Shown: positions 46,046 to 54,100 of the stretch, piece after piece
How the letters are laid out: every line of letters begins with the position of its first letter
How positions within the stretch are numbered: position 1 is the stretch's first letter
Assembly: GCA_013138975.1 (NCBI GenBank)
Contig: WTBR01000043.1
Coordinates: 28,941 to 92,940 of the forward strand
Length of the DNA: 64,000 nucleotides
Direction of reading: 5' to 3'
DNA from: Bacteroidales bacterium
Lineage (GTDB): Bacteria; Bacteroidota; Bacteroidia; Bacteroidales; UBA12077
Made by a program: the position numbers and the translations under genes
Notes under the pieces: generated by a model
Seen by the model: only the letters and a program-made list of their open reading frames with translations
The model's database searches: none
Told to the model about the DNA's origin: nothing

Positions 46046-47020
46046 ATGGATTGGATTTCTATAATATCATTTTTTGTAGCCATAATTAGTACTGGTTTAA
46101 GTATATTTTTCTATCTCAGACCACGTTTAAGAAAAAAAATAGACATTAATTCAAATGCAAGTATTTCAATTATTGAGATAAAAGAGCAAATCGATGATCT
46201 GAAAATAACTTATAAAGGAAAGGAAATTGAAAATTTGCATGTTCTAAGATTTAGAATTGAAAATAAGGGTAGTAAAGATTTTACAAATGAAGATTTTATT
46301 GATCCTTTTCATTGTACAATTATGGGCAATATAGTTAATGTGACAAAAGTAAATTCTCATCCATATAATTGCGATTTAGATATTAACAAAATAGAAAATA
46401 ATAAAATCTACTTCAAAACAAATTTGTTCAAAGCTGGAGAATATGTTGATATAAAAGTCATATTACTTTCAAAACCTTCACTTAATTTCAATACTAATAG
46501 AATAAAAGATTTGAAAGAAATATCAGTTACTAAGAATGAGTCTGCAAATAAATTTAAATATTTTAAGGGTGGATTGGTTGCTTCAATTTTTTTATCTATA
46601 AGTTTCTTAATAGCAAATGATATAATCAACCCTTCTAAACAATTACTTATTAATCTTTCTTATATAGAGAGGCAATTTTCAATAATTGGAGAAAGCGATT
46701 CAGATAAATATAAATCTCATATTTCTACAAATATTGTAACAATTTCAAATATTGGCTCTAAAGCTATTAAAACCGAGGATTTTGATGGTAATTTTGAATT
46801 TAAATCAAATGATTCAATATTGTACTTTGATTTTTCTGAAGAAATATTTGATAATTTAATTGCAACTACTTTAACTGGAGATAGAAGAAATTTTCACTTT
46901 TCTAAATTTGAGTTGTTACCTAAAACATCTATTTCTTTTTTAATAAAAACCTCTAAACCTTCCAAATTAAATATTAATTGCAAGCTTAAAGATGGCAAAG
47001 TAAGATTCAACAATAATTAG
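46046..47020 (+). CDS. hypothetical membrane protein
   Basis: The 324-aa ORF has an N-terminal TM helix (WISIISFFVAIISTGLSIFFYL) and a second hydrophobic helix (GGLVASIFLSISFLIANDII). I recognise no motif, and it appears unrelated to the biosynthetic genes. Confidence 0.5.
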   Translation: MDWISIISFFVAIISTGLSIFFYLRPRLRKKIDINSNASISIIEIKEQIDDLKITYKGKEIENLHVLRFRIENKGSKDFTNEDFIDPFHCTIMGNIVNVTKVNSHPYNCDLDINKIENNKIYFKTNLFKAGEYVDIKVILLSKPSLNFNTNRIKDLKEISVTKNESANKFKYFKGGLVASIFLSISFLIANDIINPSKQLLINLSYIERQFSIIGESDSDKYKSHISTNIVTISNIGSKAIKTEDFDGNFEFKSNDSILYFDFSEEIFDNLIATTLTGDRRNFHFSKFELLPKTSISFLIKTSKPSKLNINCKLKDGKVRFNNN

Positions 47021-47155
47021 AGTTTAAAAAAATGAAAACCCACTAAATTGCAACAATGGCTAAAAAAATTGCTACATTTAATGATTAGAGAAAAGTAGAA
47101 ATAGGGAATTCTATTTTTTTTTAAAACTTGTGCAGTAAATTCATTTAAAAAATAA

Positions 47156-47809
47156 ATGGCAGATTTATATAAACAAATTCACGAATACTTTAATTCACTT
47201 GAAAGATATTCATTTCCTTATGATAAAAAGGAACTCGAAAGAATCACTGATAAAAATGGACTTTATATCTTGTTTGAAAATGGTGAGAAATATGAAAAAT
47301 ACGACAGAATTGTAAGAATTGGTAGTCATGATTCAGATGACAGATTGATTAAAAGATTGCGAGACCACTTTTTATCAAGCAGACAAAGAAAAAGTATTTT
47401 CCGAAAACACATTGGTCGTTGTTTCCTAAATAGTAAAAATGATGATTACTTAAATGCTTGGGATAAGCCTTTCAATAAAACTGCTGATAAGGAAAAACAC
47501 AAAGAAATTGTTGATTTAAAATACGAACAGCAATATGAAGAATTAATCACAACGCATATAAGAACAAAACTGTCATTTGTTGTTATTCCTAAGGTTTATG
47601 AAAAATTAGATAGAGATAGAATAGAAGAGGGGCTAATTGCTTCTCTTGCACAATCTGACTTAAAAATTAGTTCGAGTAACTGGCTTGGGAATGAACACCC
47701 TAAGATTAAAATTCGACAATCTAAAATCTGGAATATTAAATTCTTAAATGGTAACCCTTTAACAGAAATAGAATTTATAAACTTGATAATAAACAAATAC
47801 GGTGGCTAA
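47156..47809 (+). CDS. hypothetical protein, possible GIY-YIG-type nuclease fold
   Basis: The GIY-YIG-like spacing GLYILFENGEKYEKYDRIVRIGS is followed by RLIKRLRDHF and a later conserved-type Glu (RIEEGLIASL). The assignment is by eye only. Confidence 0.45.
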   Translation: MADLYKQIHEYFNSLERYSFPYDKKELERITDKNGLYILFENGEKYEKYDRIVRIGSHDSDDRLIKRLRDHFLSSRQRKSIFRKHIGRCFLNSKNDDYLNAWDKPFNKTADKEKHKEIVDLKYEQQYEELITTHIRTKLSFVVIPKVYEKLDRDRIEEGLIASLAQSDLKISSSNWLGNEHPKIKIRQSKIWNIKFLNGNPLTEIEFINLIINKYGG

Positions 47810-48003
47810 CAAAAAATATAATGCATTTGGCAGATAGTGCTAAAATTGAAGATGATGGCAAAAAATAAACACAGTAGTAAATTGTAAGTTTGGAGCATTG
47901 AAATGCTAAACTCACCATATTCAATCCGACAATAACTAACTCCGGCATTTATGCCGGAGAAACAAGAATTCAGACGAATGGGCTTTTAGCCCAAAAAGTG
48001 TTA

Positions 48004-48052
48004 TAGATTAAGGGCTAAAGCCCAATGTTCTGTACTTTTATACTCCGCCATA
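48004..48052 (+). repeat. repeat family C, copy 1 (copy 2 at 48249-48297)
   Basis: Copy 1 is TAGATTAAGGGCTAAAGCCCAATGTTCTGTACTTTTATACTCCGCCATA. Copy 2 is TAGATTAAGGGCTAAAGTCCAATGTTCTATACTTTTGTATTCCGCCATA. The two are direct repeats 245 bp apart that bracket family-B unit 48135-48218. Confidence 0.8.
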
Positions 48053-48096
48053 CCTGCCCGCCGAATAATGTGCTAAGGCAGGTGGGAATGACGGAG

Positions 48097-48134
48097 TTAG
48101 TCAAACAAACATTAAAGTCGTAAAGTTAATTAAT
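48097..48134 (+). repeat. repeat family D, copy 2
   Basis: See copy 1 at 21705-21744. Confidence 0.7.
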
Positions 48135-48218
48135 AGCGGTTGTACGACTTACTTAAATAGATGAGAACAAATTGTAAATTTTTTACTAATTTTAAAAAAA
48201 AGTCGTACCACCGCTTGT
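48135..48218 (+). repeat. repeat family B, single unit
   Basis: The unit is AGCGGTTGTACGACTTACTTAAATAGATGAGAACAAATTGTAAATTTTTTACTAATTTTAAAAAAAAGTCGTACCACCGCTTGT. It is followed by the partial spacer GCAAGACCTGTTA that is also seen in the arrays. Confidence 0.85.
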
Positions 48219-48248
48219 GGTAAATATGCAAGACCTGTTAGTTTTTTT

Positions 48249-48297
48249 TAGATTAAGGGCTAAAGTCCAATGTTCTATACTTTTGTATTCCGCCATA
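48249..48297 (+). repeat. repeat family C, copy 2
   Basis: See copy 1 at 48004-48052. There are a few substitutions between the two copies. Confidence 0.8.
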
Positions 48298-48335
48298 ATT
48301 TTGTTAGAGCAAATAATGAAAAATGAAACCAAATA

Positions 48336-48941
48336 ATGTTAGAAAATTTTTTACTGATAAAAGATATTATAGAATTAATTCATCAATATCGCAAGAAAGT
48401 ACTAAAATTACTGTTGACTGTATTAGTAATACTCATTCTTTTTTTCGGTTGGGTAAGTAAGATTGTTTCTAAGGAAGAGACCCGAGATATAGAGACTTGG
48501 ACAATTATAGAGCCTGGTGATTCAATCTTTGTAAAGGATAATGTGTTCTACCTTGACTTTTATAAAAAAGGAAGAGAAAAACTTTCTGACTATAATCAGA
48601 AAGAAATTAATTATCGCAGAGAGGATACTATTAATTTTATACAACAAAATTCAGTGCATGAAAAATACTTTTATAAAAAAAGAACCTCATTCGTAGGGAT
48701 TTGTAAAGAAAAAGATTCAACAATTACTGTACAAGGTGAATATAACAATCATAGATGGGTTAAGATAAAACCTTCATATGAAATTTCACACCCACCAAAA
48801 TCAAATAAATATGACTATGATGCTCGAAAATGGTATGATAACAAAGATAGCTATTTTGTCAACGGACATCTCAGTAAAGACTTTTTTGTAGACTTTGAAG
48901 ATATTACAAATATAAATAATGATAGTATTTTTAATAGATAA
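48336..48941 (+). CDS. hypothetical membrane-anchored protein
   Basis: The 201-aa ORF has a single TM helix (LLLTVLVILILFFGWVSKIV). No motif was recognised. It is flanked on both sides by family-B repeat units. Confidence 0.45.
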   Translation: MLENFLLIKDIIELIHQYRKKVLKLLLTVLVILILFFGWVSKIVSKEETRDIETWTIIEPGDSIFVKDNVFYLDFYKKGREKLSDYNQKEINYRREDTINFIQQNSVHEKYFYKKRTSFVGICKEKDSTITVQGEYNNHRWVKIKPSYEISHPPKSNKYDYDARKWYDNKDSYFVNGHLSKDFFVDFEDITNINNDSIFNR

Positions 48942-49003
48942 ATTAATTAAGAATTGCGCAGAAAGTTCGTTTAACTCGCAATTTATATAAAGAACATATT
49001 TCC

Positions 49004-49264
49004 GCAAGACCTAACAGGTAAAAGTGATATGGCTAAATAAGTAATAGTGCTTGTACGACTTACTTAAATAGATGAGAACAAATTGTAAATTTTTTACTGA
49101 TTTAAAAAAAAGAGTCGTACCACCGCTTGTGGAAAATATGAAAGACCTAACAAGTAACAATGATATGGCCAATTAAGTAATAGCGGTTGTACGACGTACA
49201 TAAATAGATGAGAACAAATTGCAAATTTTTACTGATTTTTTAAAAGAGTCGTACCACCGCTTGT
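49004..49264 (+). repeat. repeat family B array: two units with conserved spacers (136-bp period)
   Basis: The hairpin units lie at 49046-49130 and 49182-49264. Each is preceded by the spacer AAGACCTAACA(G/A)GTA..(A/T)GATATGGC...TAAGTAAT. The same 136-bp spacing separates the 29098 and 29234 units. Confidence 0.85.
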
Positions 49265-49332
49265 AGAAAAAGAGAAAATACCTGCAGATATCAGGAAAGA
49301 ATCAAAAATATAAAACATTAAAAATTAAAGAT

Positions 49333-51009
49333 ATGAATATTTTACTCGGATTATTACCTTTTTGGGATCCTCAAATTCCACCATTAGGGATTGCATGCTT
49401 AAAAAGTTATTTAAATAAAAATGATCTTGATGCAGTTTGTTTTGATTTAAACACCAAAATAGAATTTCGAAATATTTACGATAAATATTTTAGTGTCTTA
49501 AATCGAGTAATCCCCGAAGACAAAAAAGGGAACATTTACAATATTGGAAATCAGGTTGTAAGAAATCATCTCACAGCACATTTGCATGTTGAATCTCAGG
49601 AAAAGTATTTTTTGGTTTTAGGAACCTTGGTTTTAAATACTTTTTATACCAAACTTGAGAATGATGATTATATTGAGTTAATAAATATTGTTAAAGAATA
49701 TTATGTATTACTTGAAAAAGCAATACGTGAATTATTCCTTAAGCATAAACCGACAATATTTGGTTTATCAGTGTTTGGTGATACATTAGGACCATCAATT
49801 TTTGCTTTTAAATTGGCAAAAGAAATAAACCCTGAAATAAAAACGATAATGGGTGGAGGTATTTTTGCCGATCAGCTAGCGCCAAATTCTCCTAATCTTG
49901 AGTATTTTATGAATTATTCTCGCAGTTTTATCGATAAGTACGTTATTGGTGAAGGCGAAGAGCTATTTCTTGCATTTGTTAAAGACGAAATTCCGGAAGA
50001 TGAAATTGTATTATCAAAGCAAAGCAGTGGAAACTATCTGAGTATTGATGAATTGAACGTTCCTGTTTATGATGATTTTGAACTTAAACATTATGCTCAT
50101 GTTGGATTTTATGGGGCAAGAAGTTGTCCATTTCAATGCAATTTTTGTTCTGAAACAATTAATTGGGGAAAATATCGAAAAAAGGAGATAGACAAAACAG
50201 TAAGTGAATTTAAATTATTAAATGAGAAGTATAATAATCAATTGTTTTTATTGACCGATTCAACATTAAATCCTGTTGTTACTCCACTTTCAGAAGCATT
50301 AATAAAAGCTGATTTTACAGTGTATTGGGATGGATTTTTAAGAGCCGACAAACACGTTTGCAGTGAAGAGAATACTATACTATGGAGAAAAGGCGGGTTT
50401 TATAGAGCTAAATTGGGCTTAGAAAGTGGATCTCAGCGTATGTTGGATTTAATGAATAAATCAACATCAGTTGAAACCTATAAAAAAGCGCTAGCCAGTC
50501 TCGCCTTCGCAGGAATAAAAACAACAACATTTTGGCTATTTGGATTCCCCGGTGAAACAGAGGAGGACTTTCAAAAAACACTTGACTTTTTAGAAGAGTG
50601 TAAAGATTATATATACGAGGCCGATTGTAATGCTTTTAATTATTTCGTATCAGGTCAGGCAAATTCAGATGATTGGTTGCAAAATAGCACAAGTTCAGCG
50701 CTATTCCCGGAATGGACAAGAGAATATTTTATTACACAAACAAATGTATTGGATAGTTTACCTTCCAGACAAGATGCCTATTCTCGGGTCAATCGTTTTA
50801 TGGAACATTGTAAAAAACTAGGAATACCTAATCCATATTCTTTAACAGATATTGATAAGGCAGATAAACGATGGAAAAGCTTACATCTTAATGCTGTTCC
50901 TGCCTTAATGGATTTTAAAAGTAATACATATATAGATGAATGTAAAGATGTAAAACAATATACGTTTACATCAGAAGTCGATACAGAAGATTTTGAGTTT
51001 GATCTTTAA
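49333..51009 (+). CDS. B12-binding (class B) radical SAM enzyme (paralog of 5854 gene)
   Basis: The N-terminal segment is LLPFWDPQIPPLGIACLKSYL...IFGLSVFG...KTIMGGGIF...YVIGEGEELF. The CxxxCxxC motif CPFQCNFC lies at 50125-50148. It is collinear with the 5854 protein to the C-terminus (NPY..AD.RWK.LH.NAVP). It ends ...TEDFEFDL. Confidence 0.85.
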   Translation: MNILLGLLPFWDPQIPPLGIACLKSYLNKNDLDAVCFDLNTKIEFRNIYDKYFSVLNRVIPEDKKGNIYNIGNQVVRNHLTAHLHVESQEKYFLVLGTLVLNTFYTKLENDDYIELINIVKEYYVLLEKAIRELFLKHKPTIFGLSVFGDTLGPSIFAFKLAKEINPEIKTIMGGGIFADQLAPNSPNLEYFMNYSRSFIDKYVIGEGEELFLAFVKDEIPEDEIVLSKQSSGNYLSIDELNVPVYDDFELKHYAHVGFYGARSCPFQCNFCSETINWGKYRKKEIDKTVSEFKLLNEKYNNQLFLLTDSTLNPVVTPLSEALIKADFTVYWDGFLRADKHVCSEENTILWRKGGFYRAKLGLESGSQRMLDLMNKSTSVETYKKALASLAFAGIKTTTFWLFGFPGETEEDFQKTLDFLEECKDYIYEADCNAFNYFVSGQANSDDWLQNSTSSALFPEWTREYFITQTNVLDSLPSRQDAYSRVNRFMEHCKKLGIPNPYSLTDIDKADKRWKSLHLNAVPALMDFKSNTYIDECKDVKQYTFTSEVDTEDFEFDL

Positions 51010-51070
51010 TTTATACCAATTAAACACAAAATGACCGATATAATTCGTTTCTTTTTCACTTATATATCTT

Positions 51071-51112
51071 CAAAAAATAAAACCATAGCTACGGCTATGC
51101 TTGGATTTTTTG
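51071..51112 (+). terminator. candidate terminator/attenuator hairpin after rSAM gene 49333
   Basis: CAAAAAAT..CATAGC-TACG-GCTATG..ATTTTTTG forms nested inverted repeats that end in a T-run. The stem is short and AT-rich, so support is weak. Confidence 0.25.
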
Positions 51113-51189
51113 AATCATCTAAGCAAAAAAGAATTCAAATTATTCATAGGTCATATTGAAATTTAACTGGTATTACAAAAAATTGTAGT

Positions 51190-54100
51190 ATGCAAGAGAG
51201 TATTTCGTCAGATAAAACAATCATATCATATCAGCAAAAAAATGAAAGAGATTTTTGGTTGGATAAATTGGCTGATTATGAAACAAAAAAGGGTATAGGC
51301 TTAAGGCTCGATGTTATAACTGAGAATGTAGTAGGGCAAGATTCAGTAAAATTATTATTTGATTCAGAAGCAAGCAGTAAAATAAATGGCTTGGTAAGTA
51401 ATTCAAGTCATAAGCTACACATATTTTTAACAGCCGTATTAACAGAGTTATTGCATCGATATACAGGCGACGAAGATATTATTATAGGTACACCTATTTA
51501 CAAACAGGATCAGGAGGGAGATTACATAAACACGGTGCTGGCCTTGCGGGCAAAAATAGAAAAAGGACTATGTTTTAAAGATCTTTTACTGAAAGTAGTA
51601 AGACCTACTGTTGTAGAAGCTGTAAAACATCAGAATTACCCATTTGAGAGTTTACTCCATCAATTAGATTTAGGAGCATTAGATGGAATTAATCCTTTGT
51701 TTGATGTAGCCATATTATTAGATAATATTCAAGAAAAAAGCTATTTAGATCATGTTCCCGTTCGATTGTTATTTAAATTCAATAATAGTTCAGAGGGTCA
51801 GGTATCCTGCGAATTAGAATATGACACATCCGTAATAAGTAAATCTTTTGCAAGCAATTTATTGGTTCATTATGAGTTTTTAGCAAAACAATTCATAGGC
51901 AATTTAACAGTACCTATGGATGATCTGGCAATGCTTTTACCCGCAGAACGAAAGCAGATCTTAGAAGATTTTAATTCAACAGAACATACTTATCCATCAG
52001 AAGAATCAGTTGATGAATTATTTAGAGAAACAGCTACATTATATAAAGACAAAATAGCACTAAAATATAATGGACATCATTTAACTTACGGAGAATTAGA
52101 TCAAGAATCAAGCAAGTTAAGTAGCTATCTACAAAAACAAGGAGTAGAAAAGGGAGAACCTGTAGGGATCATGATTGGTCATAGTGTAGAGATGATCGTA
52201 GGTTTATTGGGAATCTTAAAATCAGGAGCAATTTATTGTCCAATTAATATTGATTATCCCGAAGAGCGCAAACGAAGTCTTCTAGCAGATAGCGATATAC
52301 GCTTTTTACTATGCAATGATTTAGAATATAAGAATGATGCTGTAACGAAGATTGATTTGACATCAATAGAGTTTAATCAGGAAGAATTAGCTGAGGTATC
52401 AACGCATACAGGTCAGGATGCCTGTTATATAATGTACACTTCAGGATCAACCGGTCAACCAAAAGGAGTTATCATAAATCATCAAAATGTAGTTCGATTA
52501 GTAAAGAATACGAATTTTGTAAATTTTAATTCCGATTACCGCATATTACAAACAGGTGCATTAGAGTTTGACGCTTCAACATTCGAACTATGGGGATCTT
52601 TATTAAATGGAGGTACCTTATACCTGGAAGATAAGTACACAATCATAAACAATAAAAAACTAAAAAGCACACTAGAGAAAAATTCAATAAACACCATCTG
52701 GATGACTGCCCCCTTATTTAACCAGATGTTAGATACAGACATATCCATTTTTAAGAACCTCGATCATTTACTGGTTGGAGGAGATGTATTATCAACAAAA
52801 CATATTAATAAATTACGTGAATCATATCCCGGAATAAAAGTAACAAATGGTTATGGGCCTACAGAAAACACGACATTTTCAACAACACATGAAATTACTA
52901 AACAGTATAAAGGGAATAACATTCCGATAGGAAAACCCATAAATAATTCCACAGCTTATATATTAGATCATAAAGAAAATATTTTACCACCGGAAGTTCC
53001 GGGAGAATTATATGTAGGAGGAGACGGAGTAGGTTTAGGATATCTGAATAATCCCGAATACACACACGAAAAATTTATAGAACTTCCGGATTTTACGGGA
53101 CAAAGATTCTATAAAACAGGAGATAAGGCCTTATGGCTTTCCAATGGAGACATCTCGTTTGTAGGAAGAATAGACAATCAGGTAAAAATTCGAGGTTACC
53201 GAATAGAACCGGGAGAAGTTGAGAGTGTAATCACTTCCGATAATGAAGTAAAAGAATCGATAGTAATAGTTAAGGAAAGTGATGATGGAGAAAAATATTT
53301 ATGTGCTTATTTGGTAGGAGAAAGTGATCTAATAATTTCAGACCTGAAAATTCGCTTGCAAAATAAGTTACCGGACTATATGCTACCTACTTATATAGTA
53401 AAACTTGATAAATTTCCATTAACCACCAATGGAAAGATTGATAAGAAATTATTGCCGGAACCTGAAATAGAATTAGGAAAAGAACTTATTGCCCCAAGAA
53501 ACCGAATTGAAAAAGAACTATTAGAAATTTGGTCGGAATTATTGAGCCTTGAAAAAGAACATATAGGGATTGACTCCAACTTTTTTGAATTGGGAGGACA
53601 TTCACTGAAAGCTACTTTATTAACATCACAAATACACAAAGCCTTAAATGTAGATGTATCCCTTTCAGAGGTATTTAAGAATCAAACAATTCGGGAACTA
53701 TCTTTAGTATTGGAGTCATCAGCAGAAGGATTTTACAAATCCATAAGTCGAGCACCTGAACAAGCATATTATGATCTATCCTCAGCCCAAAAGCGACTTT
53801 ACGTTTTGGAACAAATGGAAAGCCTTTCTACAAGCTATAATGTGCCAATGGCCTTTACCTTGGAAGGGAAAGTTAACGTAGAAAAGATAGAGCATGCATT
53901 GCAGCAACTGGTTCAACGACATGTAAGTTTACGAACATCCTTTACCTTGGTAGATCAAGTTCCCAAACAAAAAATTGAAGAACATGTAGAATTGCCAATT
54001 CGCTTTTACGATGAGTCTGATGTAAATGCAGAAGAATTGATAAAGGATTTTGTGCAAGCATTTGATTTAAGCAAGGCTCCTTTAATGCGTGTAGGTCTGG

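Noticed and set aside
51031-51159. 42-aa + strand ORF (MTDIIRFFFTYISSKNKTIATAMLGFFESSKQKRIQIIHRSY) between rSAM 49333 and NRPS 51190, considered as a RiPP-type precursor for the rSAM enzymes.
   Set aside because: It has no leader/core organisation, no Cys/Ser/Thr-rich or repetitive core, and no ribosome-binding context. It coincides with a hairpin/T-run that better explains the sequence. The rSAM enzymes carry the same tails as the NRPS subunits, which points to NRPS-bound substrates. It cannot be fully excluded without conservation data.
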